A stretch of 64,000 nt of DNA from Vermamoeba vermiformis. Taxonomy: Eukaryota. The notes under the pieces were generated by a model that saw only the letters and a program-made list of their open reading frames with translations, did no database searches and was not told where the DNA came from. The translations under genes were made by a program, and so were the position numbers. The stretch covers positions 1 to 64,000 of the forward strand of contig JBEWZL010000203.1 in the NCBI GenBank assembly GCA_045837725.1, given 5' to 3'. Position 1 is the stretch's first letter. Every line of letters begins with the position of its first letter. Below are positions 50,865 to 64,000 of the stretch, in pieces.

Positions 50865-53800
50865 TTATTTCTCAATGTACACAATGTCAGTGGCGGTGCG
50901 TCCAAATATCTCGGGACTGTACATTTCTTCAGCCTTGGCTGGCGGCACGACAAAAGTACCTATGGGACAATACATTAATAACCTATAATTCAAATAATAT
51001 AGAGATAGTAGTGTGAGTTACCTTCGCACGTGGCGCGGCACAAAAAGCGATAGACGTAGTGACCTTCCCACAACAACGATTTGAAGGCCTCAGCGCGCTC
51101 ATCACGCAAGTTCTGATGTTCGTACCACTGGTACTCGTGATAGACGCGCGTCGTGTAGGGATTGTAGTTGTTTTGCTCGTTGCGATTGATCACTTCTTCT
51201 TGAGTCTCGCCCAATTCTGTGCCTATATTTGGCAATTGCTGTTAGTGCCAAGGAATTTTTTCACGGTTTCGAAAAAAAATATCCCGCTAACACATTTCAA
51301 AAGATGTAATTACGAGCAACGAATTTAGCCGTATATGTGAAATTTCAATTTGGGGTTTGTATGAAATGGTTTCTTACCTTTGAGCGAAGAGTTAACAATC
51401 TCAAGGCCAGCAGGCAACTTGTCAACGAGAGCCACGTGATATCTGCGCGAGGTGGTGGTCATCGTGATAATGACACGCACCTTCTTGCCGAGCTTGAAGT
51501 GCCAGTTTCCGATCGCGTCTTTAGTCACGTGACTAGCGCTGTCAACACCTTCGTAAGTACGTGTCAACTTGAAGCCGTAACAAGCAGCCTTCAAACGCAA
51601 ATCTTCCGGAGCGTAGTTCATAGCCAAGCGGAAGTACAATCGACCAGGGCCTTCCTTCGTCAAGATCAGATCCGTGTCGCCGAGTTCGTGCAGCAATCTC
51701 ATCGGCACGTTAATGATGTTCGTGTCCGTCGTGCGGCCCTTGTAGCTCTGTTCGCCTGCAAAGATCTCGCCGAGCCAGACTTGCGTGTTGAAATTGGGTT
51801 CGTCCTTTTCGTAGATTGCGAAGTACTTGTCCAAAGCAACCAAAATGAAGCAGTTTTCTTGCGTGTTGTTCCAACGACCAGCCTTACGATGTGCCAAAAG
51901 ACCCTTGGCGATCTTGGGAATGATCGAGTTTTGTTGGTCCACGGTCAAGAATGCCTCAAGCAAGATACCATCAGTTCTGCGGTCAGAGTGCAACATGACG
52001 TATTTGCCTTCTTGATCGCCAAATTTGGTAATAAAGTTGGCTGTCTCGGCGGTTTCGTTCGATCTGTTCTTCAAGAACTGCGAAAAAAAAAAATAATGAG
52101 TTTCTATTGATTTTCTGAGCTACTAATAGTTACGTACCATCAAGATCGTGTCAATGACTGAACGAGTGTCTTTGCTGGAGTCAATGCTCATGGCCATCAT
52201 CAACCAGCCCAAGGCCTCCATGGTGACACCGTCATTACCGGCAGTCTTGTAAAGGCTCTTAGCAAGGCTGACAACGTCCTCACCGAGCTTGTGGCGCACA
52301 TAGTACGAATACGCCAACAGCGAGCGCTTGCTGTACTGACTCATCCACCAGTAGTACTGGTTCAAGAAGTTTTCCAAAGTCTTCAAGAACTGATGAGCAC
52401 GTGACAAAAGGTCCTTGTCAACAGTGACACCTACAAATTAAAATGATTAGAAAATCGTGAAATTTCGTTATAACCTTGTGCTCAATATTCATACCTTTTT
52501 CGATGGACTTGGCCAAACAATTGGTCACGTGGACGGACAAGAAAGGATCCGGCAAACGCCAGTAATAGACGGGACGAGTCCAGAAATAGAATCCTCCCTT
52601 CGCATAACTCTTGAAGTCAGTGTTCTCTTGACGCTTCACCAACTCTTTCAGTTGTTCTCTGAGTTGCAACAAGAGCTCCAAGTTGGAAGGCAAGTCGGGC
52701 ACATTGAACGATTGCAAGACGTCCTTCAAGGCCACAATACCGAGAATTCTTGAAGCCAGTTGTTCGGAGCAGTCAAACTGGTACTTGTACAAGTAGAGCA
52801 CGGCGTCGGTGAGCGATTGCAAGATAGTTGAACTCGTTGAAACCTCGAGACCACCGAACTCTTTGTAGGTGCCCTTGGGTGCCTTGATCGGTTGGAACAC
52901 AACGGTCTTGTCGTTGATGTCACCATAAGCTATAACATCACATTAGCACTCAGAACATTCGCATTATCAGATCAACACGTACTAGCAAAGGCTTCAGTAG
53001 TGGCAGGAGTCCAGACAGGCAATGAGATTTCGGCGGCGTCAGAGAAATCATCGCTCGAAGCGACAATCTGGAAGCGAGCAGTGCCTGCAAATTTAGTCTC
53101 GACAGGAATGAACACCGCTGCTCTTCTCAACGCAGGGATCTTCACACTGCAAAATAAATACATTAGCCGTGAAAAATTGGCGAGATATTTTCACTTACGT
53201 GTAACCACCAGTGAAGTCAGCACCAAATCTGGCATTGGTGCAACGAGCAGCCACACGAACGGACAAATCAGCGTCAGTCTGATTTTGCAAAACAACGCTG
53301 CATTGAGCCTTGTCGCCGAAGTTCAAGAAGCGAGGGAACGAAGGACGAACCATAAAAGGCAATTGAGCAATGACCGTGGACTCGCCAATACCGAACTGGC
53401 GCTCAGTGGCAGCAACAGCCCAAATGCGGTATCTTGTCAATGAATCCGGCAACTTGAAATCTACTGCCAATTTGCCATGTTTGTCGGTCACGCACGAAGG
53501 TGAGAAGTTAGCAATTGCACTGAAATTGCTGCGGACTGTGATGGCGCTGTCATCTGCGCCGCCCTCTTCTTCGGGTGCCATTGGCGCGGCCATGTCTTCA
53601 TCGTCCATCATCATGTCCTTCGACATCTCTCTCTCCCTCTCTTCTTTTTTATCCCTCATAGGGGCTGCCTTGCTTCTAGAGGAGAAGGCTGATTCTTTCT
53701 TCATTTTAGATTTTCTCATCTTCATCTCTTCCTTTTCTTCTTCTACTTCCTCTTTTTCAGCTTGTGGGGCATTTTCTTTCATCTTAAGCAAGTCTTCGGC

Positions 53801-56800
53801 GCTACAACAACGGTTATTAACCTTTCCATTACCTAGTTTCAAAACTTTAGCGTACCTAATTAACAACACGGCGCTGCGCAAGTAGGTGAAGCCAACACCA
53901 ACAGAGCGGTGCTTGTAGAAGAAAGCCAGTGGATCGTCGATGCTGTAACCAGTCAAAGCCAACACACTTTCATCAACGACAACAACACAAACTATGCAAT
54001 TAAGTTAGTAAGAAATTACGCAGACAGGTCTTGACTGTACCTTCGCTGTTTGCAACGGGCTTTGAGCTGGCGTCTTTGACTTCCACTTCAACACGGGCAT
54101 CAGCTCCAGGCTTGTACGAAGGTCGCGATGGCTTGACGTCAACATGCAACACATCAGACTTGTTTCTGATGGAGATGTTTGCAAGACCTTTCGCGAACGC
54201 AGGACGAGGTGGGGAAGTCAAATCAAGAGCGCCGGAGTTGAGGGCACGAGGGGACGCTCCCATCAAATCCACTTGAATCTGCGCGTTAGGCTGCCAGTCC
54301 TCCTTGATAGGGAACTTCAACACGACTGAGTCATCATCGATTCTGAAGCGCTGAGTGTGCACAATGCCCTCGCACAAGATGCTCAATAAACCTTCCGCAG
54401 GCTTGATTGGAGATTGAACCAACAGTTCTCCCTCCGTTTCGCCGTCGAATGGCGAGTAAGCTTGCTTGTCAGGGATAATGGTAGCGACCTCTTGAGAGAC
54501 TTTCACAATCTTGGGAGCAGTGGCTGCTTTACCTCCTGACACGTTGAATGTAACGATCGTCTCGTTCTTACGCTCTATAAAAAGGATTAGCAAATACTCC
54601 TTAACAATAGTACTAATCCATCTTTGTACGTACTGTTCTCGTCAACGGTGATAAACTCGAAAGTGTATTTGCCACCACGTGCAGGGAAGTATTCGTACAC
54701 GACAGGCTCGGCCTTGGATACCAATTTAACCAGCTTGGTCTCAGTCTTGTTGACTTCTTTAGTCAAACCATTGGCGTCTATCCAAAGTATAGCATTAGCA
54801 AGCGAGATTAAAAATAGCAAAATAAGAATTTTAGCGACTTACCCTTTTCATCAGCGACCCAGTTGCAAGTCTGTTTGATCCAGAAGTTGGTTCCTACAAT
54901 TGCCTTGCCGTCAATGTCGGTGACAATAATCTCCATCGGGAACAGGTCCTTGGGCTTGCCGTAAGATCTCTTCATGTTGACACCAATGTAACGAGACGAA
55001 GGGTGCAACAAAAAGCTTAATCAAATATTAAAATATTGCCGAGTAGTGAAGTGTCATGCGAGCAACGTACCTTGTAGCAGTTTCGCGGGTTTGATAGTTC
55101 AAATCAGTGATGGAAGCAACAGCCTTCAAGCTCTTTGGATGCGGCAGAGTACCCTTGTAGCACACCTTGATCTCGTGCTCACCATTGCCATCAGTCTTTG
55201 CTGACCAGGCGCCCGTGGGCACCCCAGGCCCCCCAGAGGGGGCCGGCCCGGACCGGCGGGGGGCCGACCAGGTCGTCTGAACTCTTCAACCTTGAAGGTG
55301 TGCGTGTAATACTCGTTTGTCGAGACCACTCTAAAGGCCACTTGAGCCTCGCCGAGGTTCATGTTGTCTATATTCAAGTTCGTTAATATTCTGTGCCGAA
55401 TAATAAAAATGATTAATTGTACGTACCCGGCAAACTGAGCTTAAGATCAAATGCACCATACTCGTTGAACTTGAGCGTGCCCTTGGAAATTTCAGCGCCA
55501 CGTGGGTCCTTGAACGAGTACTCGATGTCGCCAGAAGCAAACTTGGGAACAACGCGCATCTTCTCGTCGCGACCGACACGGCGTGCAAAGCCCTTAATGA
55601 AGACCTCTTCCTTGGGTCTGTAGAGCTTTCGGTCGTCAAATACAAACCAATTGAACGTGTCAAAGCTGTTACGAGTGTAATCAATGGGCGTGAAAACTAC
55701 GTCATTGTCGAGCGAGCACATGACAACTCCCTTGGGTGCAGATCCAAACTTTTCAAACAACTTGATGCCGTCATCGTTGGTTGTACCTAAATGGAAAGTT
55801 AGCCTCCGATACCACCGTTAAAGTCAATGTAACACTTACCAGAGCAGCTGTTAGGAGCAAGGATCTTGGCCTTAGGCACGGGCTTGCCATCGACGAGTTG
55901 AGAGGCCCAAACAAGCATGTCGCCATTGTGCGTGGAATACAAAGTATCTACGCACATACGAGTGCATTGGACCCACGAGAACAACTTAATATGATAATCC
56001 TCGTATTTGTCATAGTAGTTCTTGTGGAACACTCTCCAAGCAGACTCAGTGGGCTCAACTTTGACCACGAGTTGACCAAGATTCTCTTTCGGGTGTTGCA
56101 AAAACTTTTGAAGGTCGATCAAGATCTGCTTGGGAACGCAAGGCTCCACACCAGTCTTAATGACTTCGTTGTGCACGACTTTGCCAAACCGAGAGAGCTT
56201 TTCGCTTTTCGAACGATTGTTAAACGCGGCGGCGACCTGGAAGTACTGAGAAGGCTCCACTTGATATACTTTGACCTTAAGTTCAGTGTACCCAACTACG
56301 ATTGGAGTGTAAGTGGGATGAACTGAGGGGTCAAGCACAGTCAAATGAGATGGACCAGCTGAAAATACGCGTTAGTTATGATTCATAGCTGTGCTCTTTA
56401 TGAATGCTTACTTAATGAATCGTAGCCAGGACCCACGGACAGTCTATAAGTGTCGTTCTCGGTAAGTTTTTGGCCGTAAACGTCCTTCAATTCTCGACCA
56501 ACAACGACAGTGTAGTCCGTATTGGGCTCACTATCATTCTCAATAATCAACGAAGTGACGTTCAGTTTCAAGCCGAAGCTTCCTCCCGGCATGATTACTG
56601 TTTGTGAAGTATTCGAAGAATTATTGTCCAACTTGAAAGTAGCGTTCTTCAATGGAGGCTTGACGGTGATCAACTTTTCATTGAACGTGCGGTAGTCAAT
56701 GGGATTGGTGAAATAGATTCTCCAAGTAGAGCGAGGGTGGAAGACAGGGTGATAAGGTTGAATAACACTAACAAAAATATTAATTATTAAGGTCGGCTAC

Positions 56801-59087
56801 GAGGAGTTAGTTAACGTACCCAAACTTGGGATAAGTGGTGAACGAGAAACTTTGACCAGTCGCAATAAGAGGTCCTTCAGCAGATGGGACATTGTTCAAC
56901 GCACAAGTGTAAGATGAGTTTGGCGACAAGTCCTTACTAAACTCAAATCCGAAGTACGTGTTGCGATTGATCTCGTTAGTGTCAATACCATATTCTTCCA
57001 ATCGTTTAACTAACTTTTCTTGCTTCAATAGCTTAGGAGTAGCACCGCCAATACTAATACATAAAATGAGCTAACAGCCATACATAGTAATTGGGTTAAA
57101 CGACTTACCTGAGGCACTTGAACACCTTTTCTACGTCAATTCGTTGATCGTAGCACACAGCTATAGTAGGGTTCAAGCAGTCCACGGTCTGTGTGTATAA
57201 AGATCTGCCGCTTTCCCAATGGTTCTTGGAAAAGTTAGAAAGGTAAATGACCTTGTTGATGATTGGCGTATTGGTTGTGAATTGAAATTGGAAGTCTGAG
57301 GCCAAAACACCGTTCAGCTGTGACTTGACGCCCTTAGCCACCTTCACTTCGTAATTGATAGCAAATGGGAATCGTCCTTCAGCTTCAAATTGCACAGTTT
57401 CGGTGCCCTTCCAAACGAATCGGCCAGGAGGTCTCGGGGTAATGGTAACGATATCAACTGTAAGATCATTAGATTAACTGTAATGAGTATTTAATATCGA
57501 TCTACCCCGTACCTTCTTTCAGTTCTTCGAGGCCAGTAAGAGGTACCATCGGCTGATTGAAAGTGATTGACATTGTGGTCACGGGGTGGTTGAGACTTCC
57601 CTGAGGCGTGTAACGAAGAGCCTTCAACTCTCCAGCCTCGGTCTTGGCCAACTTCTTGGCGGCCTCAATGTCAATAATCTCCTCCGGCATAACTGTATGA
57701 AATCAGTTTCTAGTCGATTTTTCACGGTCCAAAACTTACCCTCAGGTGGTGGCGGGAACGGCTGGTTAATTCTTTCACCAGTCTTAGGAGCCTTCAACGA
57801 CGTTTCTATAGTGGCATATTAATAAGGTGCTATACAATTTGTGTTTCATTTTCACGTACCTCTCATCGCGAAGTTCTTCTCATCGCCCTCTTCGCTCTTA
57901 ATCGGTTCAGCTCTGCTCAACAACTTTTCAACAGCCTCTTTCGCTAATGATTGAGCGGGCTCGCTGGGCTTCTCTTCGGGCTCTTCTTCATCCGCGTTGT
58001 CTTGTTCAGCAGCGGCTTGAGCTTCCAATTTCTTGGCTTCTCGTGCATCCACTTCAGCGAATCCAACAACGAAAGGAACCGATTCAGTTTCTAAATAGTA
58101 ATTAATATTAATAATGCATCGTAGGGTAGTTTGCACTTGTATTTACGTACCAGGCAAGTCTTCAGGCTCTTCTTCGCTGACTTCATCGTCATCTCTGCGG
58201 GGAGATTTAATGTTATCATCAGTAACGACAACAAAGGCTGATGTTTTCAAGTTTGGATCTATAATACACGTTAGTATGAATAAGAGAACGGACTGAGATT
58301 ATTTAGCGGCAGTAAGGAACTCGATCGAGCTTTCATAATTACCTTGAGTTCCAAAACGCGAAGAAACCTTCAAATTATCGTGCTTATTCTTGTCCTTATC
58401 CTCAACAGTATTGGTGTTATTATCGGAAGGAGCTTAGCCGTTTTGAGGTCTCCGTATTGGATCTTGAGCTGCAGTTGTCCGTTAACCGAATCTTTCTTAT
58501 TAGGACGAGCTGAAAGAGGGAACCAGCTGTCGATGATTTCAGTGCTTTGTAACAACTCATTGTTGAACTTGATCGTTACTTGGCCCTTTAACACTCGTTA
58601 GAATTAATCATGAAAATTGGATGTGGTAGGCACTTACCATAAATTTATCGGCGAGAATCTTTTGCTTATGCCAGACACTAGCTTGAATACCGACAAATTT
58701 GCTTTGGCCGACATCACTGAAAACGGTTATCAATTAAAATGTTCACCAAAATAAATTAATTTTCATTTGGACTTACAAAGTGATAGTTTCATCCCATTGA
58801 GGGTTGCCCGCCTTCTTTATAACCTCTACAATTATAGAAAAATTACTGGTTAATAATCTAGGCACCTCAATACCGCAACGGTCGGATTTTGAAAAACTAC
58901 TTACTGGTCAAACGAGGCGTTCCAATGGCTTTACCCGCCTCATCCAACAGCGTCAATACTACATATGCATCGGACTTGGCCTTAACAAGGTCCTTTCCAG
59001 ATACAACTGCGTAAACCCATTAGCCAACCGCAAATCCAGATTTAACATTTATTTACCTGAAACACGTAGTTGGCTTGCCTTCTCCAT
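50865..59087 (-). CDS. C2-domain + bacterial-type alpha-2-macroglobulin (thioester protein), no signal peptide
   Basis: C2: VVSGKDL, NPQWDETITF, DKFMGQV, WFPLSAR, GQLQLKIQY. Ig-like ITFNQPMV. MG2 FDDRKLYRPKEEVFIKG, KVEEFRRP. A2M VRSNF...LPDSLTRYRIWAVA, PRFLNFGD. Thioester region YQFDCSEQ. WNNTQEN, LVDKLPAGLE, PPAKAEEMYSPEIFGR. Confidence 0.88.
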
Positions 59088-59488
59088 GTTTCTTTAAAAT
59101 GAATACACTGATTTCGATTCAACCTTTTATGACCAGAATTCACAGCCAAAAATAGATCCCTTTGTGACGTTTACCTACGATTTTTTCTTTGAAGCAAAAC
59201 GAAACGTTATTAGTGATTGCGTGTGGCACTAACTACAATTGCTGCGACATTGCATGAATTGAGTTTGTCTATGAGCAATCAACGTGCTGACGATAAAAAT
59301 AAACGGATCAAAACCTCGATCTGCTGCTCTTTCGCATTTGCTCCTTGAATAATAATATAGCATATTATTATAATATTTGTAATTTAGTTTGAGCCTAGAA
59401 CGTGGTGGGTTTTGATTAAATTTTGTGTTTGTTTGGCATTAATTTTCGTCGCGTAATTTCTTGCAATTATTTAATTAAACCTCGCACA

Positions 59489-60652
59489 ATGACGCAACAG
59501 ACGCCAGGTTACAACGCTAACCTCGTCGACGTCGATCTTGAAGATGATCTCGAACTAAATCCGCCAGTCCCAACTAAAAAGAACAAACCGACAGTAGTCG
59601 CTTCAGATCCCGATAAAGACACTCAATTAATTAATAATGAAGAGCGTCCTAATGTATGTTCATAACGCGATTACGAGCTTAGTTGCGAATTTACCGCTAT
59701 TTCGTAAAAACTTGCTTGATCTAACCGTTGAATTTTTTTCTACAGCGCCGAACCAAGTGGTATTTTATGATCCAAGTTATAGGTAATTAGCGAGTAATAA
59801 TGACGTTAATCAAATTTATTCGCAATTTCAATTTTCTAACTTATTTTACTGCACAGTTCAATTCGTCGTCAATGCTACGATCAACACTTTTACTGCAGTA
59901 TTAATATATGGTGGATTAGAAACAGGTAATATTTCAATGTTTCCAAATAATTTGCCGATTTATTTCCGATTTTTCGATCTAATCTGTCGCAGTTAATTTT
60001 TTCGGATTTTTGGAGGCCCTAGTCCCCGATCTTATCGTATCCTTGGTCATTATGGGAATTATAACGTGGGTATTAGTCGGCGCTCAAACAGTGAGGTAAG
60101 TGAAATCGGATTCAGATCTTAGTCGCAAAATAATTTAAATTAATTCAATATTATAGAGACGTTCGAGTGCGTCATAGACATAATTTAGGTTTCAATCGAC
60201 CTAAGCTCTTCGATCGTAACAAATATTTTCACTATTTTTTCCGAGCTGAAGATCTGATCCAAATTGGCGTTCCTTTGAAAGAGTGGTTCCCTCGATTTGG
60301 ACGTGCATTATGGCGCGCATTTATTTTTATGATGTTGTTGCAATTAGCGCTTACACCATTGACGCTACTGGCATTTTACATTATGGAAACACAAGGCGTT
60401 ACTTTTACTTGGTTCCAAACTGTCATTTTCAAGGGAATTTGGGGCGCTACTCTGGTATGTATTATAGTGTAATATTACATTTTTTATTTCATATTATATT
60501 GTGGAATTATATGCTCGGAAATTCAAAATTTTTATTGTTTCAAGTTGGATCCGAGTATGTTTTTACTAATTTTTATCATTTAGGGAACATTGGTGGGAAC
60601 TTTTGTATTATACATGGCTTTATGCGCACCTCCCACTATCGTGCAGCACTAA
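59489..60652 (+). CDS. Hypothetical multi-pass membrane protein
   Basis: About six GT-AG exons joining in frame, with about four hydrophobic segments; no family recognised. Confidence 0.6.
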
Positions 60653-60813
60653 GCAATCAACGAATGTATTATTTATCTCCGTATTAAACCAACGCGAAGT
60701 CAGCTTCAAACATCGATAATTTAATGCAACTTTTTTCCTCAAAAGGAAATTAATTTTGAATTTATTTCTGAAGACCTCAATCGTAGTACGAACTAATTAT
60801 TTATTATTAGTCT

Positions 60814-61863
60814 TTAGAACACGGAAAATTTCTTCGCGTAACGGATCATGTTCTGAGCCATCTCTTGCATCGTGTTCATCATAGCTTTGTTAGCGACCGA
60901 TGCCGGTATCCACCCTTTAATATCAATCTGGTTCATAAGCAACAGACGTGTCTTGTCTTTGCCTGTATTCGACTCGATCCGATCCAGCTGAACTCCGCTC
61001 GAATAGTTCTTTGCTCTGACAAATTGCTACAACATGTCTTCAGTATTTATATCAGATACTACACTCACGTCAATATACTTACCTCGTCATTTGGTTTGAA
61101 TTTATCGAAATCTATGCTCGTTCCAACCATTTTGAAGTGCATTAACCGGTCTCCTTTTCTTTCAACTTGAATACTCCTAAGACGTATTTTAGAGGAGCAA
61201 CAATGTATATCCTCTTAACTCTAGCGTACCTTACGTCGATAAAGTCTCTGGCGCTCACGACAGATCCGCTCGTTGTCTTGTAGTGCGTGATCAATAAGTT
61301 ATTGTCAATTTTCTGCAGGATTTTTAGATCATCAAAACCTTTGTCCCATCTCCTTCGTATATCAACGTCTATAAAATATTTAACTATTAAAGAACAGAAA
61401 ATGAAGTGCGATCCGGTTGTCGATCCACTGGAAATTAGGTTTAAGAAATTACTACTTCATCGGGAGATGTAACCAGTAATATTAGCACAAAAATTACCTT
61501 TTAACATCATTAATAGCTTTTCAGGGTCCTCGTAGACAATGCATTCTAATTTCCAAACAGGCGGTCTCTTTTTCTCTGTAAATACTTTTGATTTTGATAT
61601 TACCATGCCATCCTGTCCGTACTTAATTAATATCCTTGAGAAAATAAGAAATCTGATATTCGAGCGCAGGCCCAAATTCGCGATCTAAATTTTTCGTCGA
61701 GCCTTTAAGTAATTTCAGCGTCTTAGTTTCAACATTTAATGGTTTATTATGGCTTACCTATTTCGTGTTCTACTTCCCAATCGCTCGCTGACATCTTCTT
61801 TGTCCATTCTTCCAGAGCATTAGCGGCGATGTCACGTGCCTTTTTAATGATCGATTCGTCCAT
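60814..61863 (-). CDS. START-domain lipid-transfer protein
   Basis: MDESIIKKAR...SDWEVE, RRRWDKGF, SARDFID, FVRAKNYSSG, DIKGWIPASVAN. Confidence 0.8.
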
Positions 61864-62070
61864 ATTACTAAACACTCTGTTATCAAGATTAAAGTTATTG
61901 AATTGATTTCAACTAATGCCAGCAAATTTATATCAAAAAAACGGAGCGGACGAACGCGCGTGTCATAATGCGAGCCAATTATTGCATTTTTGAGAAAGCC
62001 AAATTTGGTAATAACGCGTTTTTTCCTTATATAGATCACCACGTACCTGTCTTTATTATATTTAGGCTTA

Positions 62071-64000
62071 TCAATTGGTCTTGTTATCTTCGTCAAAAAA
62101 TCTCGGACAGTCGCGTGCCATCGCGTGATAATCAACCTGGTACACTTTTCTGGCCGGTCTTATGTTGCCAGCCGGTTTGATCTCAGGAGCAGTGATGTAC
62201 TTTGCATAGCCCAGCATTGTAACAATAATATCGCAGAAGATTTCAGCCGAGACAAGTTCGAACTGACCTTGCGGAATAAGTGCGTGTGCTTCGAGAGGCA
62301 CAAACAATTCGTTGCACCCTACGCCAAGCAAACTACGCACTGATTTTGTAAATGAATGGGATTTTGGGGGAGGCGCTGGAGTGTAGGATTTGATTGTAGG
62401 CCGGGGAAAAGCGCAGATGCTGCAAACGAGCACCTGCGACCAATCATCATCGAACACTAGCTGCGCTTCAATCGCGTGCATGAAACTGTCACTACTGAAA
62501 CAATTGACAACTTGCTCTGAATCGTAAGCTGGATCCAAAGGATTAGTATCGGAATCACTTTAATTTTTTCAATAAAAACCACAATGTATCTTACCTACGA
62601 TATTTAACTTGCGTGAAAGCTCTTTAATTTGACGCGAGTAGCATTTTCTATCGGCGCCGGAGAAATTTAGCAGCAACGGCCAAGATCCGACATCATCGCT
62701 TTTTTGATCCACAACCTTAGTATTATTAGTGAATATTCTATAATAATACGATATTAACTCTACCTCAGATATAGTTGCACGAGCAGTAGCATTGACGCGC
62801 AGCAATCGTAAATAACGAGCGTACTCTTCCAAGTCACTCGGTGAATACAAATCTATTTGTAACAAGTTATAATAATGACATTAATATTCAACGTTTCTAC
62901 TTACCATATTTGGTAATGTCCATCGGCATGAATCCTCGGCGGTCCGAAAACAACTTGCTCACGAGAAGGTTATGTAACTTTTCCGAGCTTAGCCTTATTC
63001 CAACTCGTGTTAATAGGTCTTGAAGTCTATCAGGGTGTAGTATAATTGGATCCTCTGGTATGAAATTTAAAGGCTGAATCTTGAACCGAGTACTGGACAA
63101 ATCCAGATTTTTGTTGCATAGTTCCTCTGCCGCGCTTTTGTCCTCGGTAAGTAAAAACAACGTAGAATCCATACTAGGACCTTCGTCTATATAAGGTTGC
63201 GTGGATTTTGCCTTCCAACCCAGATTTAGTAACTTTCCTTCCAAATCCACAAGCCGAAGCACTCCAAAACCTAACCTCTATATCAATACAAATAGTACAA
63301 TAACAATATGTGTATATATAAGATACCTTCGGTGTACATATAGTAGCCACGATCAGAGTATTTCCCGTACACATAACAGTGATCTGGAGAAATACAATTA
63401 GAGCACGCTTCTATACATGATTGAAGGCTTATAATATTCTTGCCTATCATTGTCATCCTCGATATTAACTTAAAATACTCTTGCTCCTCCTCTGGAGTAA
63501 ATTCTAACAATTCAAATATTTCTCGCTTCACATTTGCAAACTGGAATCTGTACATCAAGGATGGATATATTAAATTGTCTATATGTTCCATAATCTCGGT
63601 TCTATCGGCCAACTGCATAACGAGTTAGGCCCGTACACGGTCCGGCGTAGACAGCAAGTAGTAACTTACGTTTTCACTTGACTCGGCTCGCAGGACGTCG
63701 CTATGCATCCAAGTCAAATAATATGCACCTATTTAAACATTTTAGTCTCTAAGATATTAAATAAGTGGCTGCGTGCCTTACATATTTCAGGCATCATGCG
63801 ATTTTGCAATAATTTCAAAAATAAACTCCATCCTTCGTCTACCGTGCTACTTTTGATTCCTTCATTAATGATGATGGTAAGTATACTAAATAAATAATCG
63901 TTCTAATATTTTACCGAATTTTGTTTCCAAATAACCGGATGCTCTTCTCCGTGCAACCTTTCTCCACAAGTTATTGACAGAGGCAAATGCTAGAGGAAAT
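62071..64000 (-). CDS. Hypothetical multi-exon protein, probably 5'-truncated by the window edge
   Basis: Consecutive minus-strand ORFs flanked by splice signals; no motif recognised. Confidence 0.5.

Noticed and set aside
51337-56326. Long plus-strand ORFs (257, 183, 181, 171 aa)
   Set aside because: Antisense shadows of the codon-biased A2M exons, with no motifs of their own.
61075-61084. U1 snRNA-like ATACTTACCT
   Set aside because: It is the reverse complement of a minus-strand 5' splice site in the START gene.
1-64000. Prokaryotic systems (CRISPR, operons, retrons) or an alternative genetic code to explain fragmented ORFs
   Set aside because: Fragmentation is explained by GT-AG introns under the standard code, no repeat-spacer array was seen, and the RT is LINE-type.

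Overview
Gene-dense, AT-rich, intron-rich eukaryotic DNA. The short GT-AG introns with CTAAC-like branch points and the gene content suggest a free-living protist, probably an amoebozoan (inference). About 22 multi-exon genes were reconstructed by manually splicing the ORF fragments, so exon boundaries are approximate. Highlights: (1) a plexin-like single-pass receptor (signal peptide, putative beta-propeller, 7 PSI and 6 IPT domains, TM) with an unsplit canonical RasGAP domain, 28785-35748(-); (2) a signal-peptide-less C2-domain fusion to a bacterial-type alpha-2-macroglobulin that keeps a CxEQ thioester motif, 50865-59087(-); (3) a full-length, recently inserted non-LTR retrotransposon (17-bp TSD) with one fused ORF1-APE-RT-RNaseH-ZnF ORF, a hydrophobic signal-like linker and a structured 3' UTR, possibly interrupting the 5' end of (4) an unusual Hsp70-like/vWA-like fusion gene; (5) an inverted duplicate pair of glycosyltransferase-like genes; (6) recurrent intronic palindromes (TGACACGTGTCA). 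Other genes: mitochondrial carrier, EXPERA protein, FAX-type GST, BAHD acyltransferase, class C GPCR, four F-box-like proteins, MDR reductase, pappalysin-like M43 protease, DUF1499-like and START proteins. No tRNA, rRNA or CRISPR array was found. All family calls come from motif recognition by eye; no database search was run.
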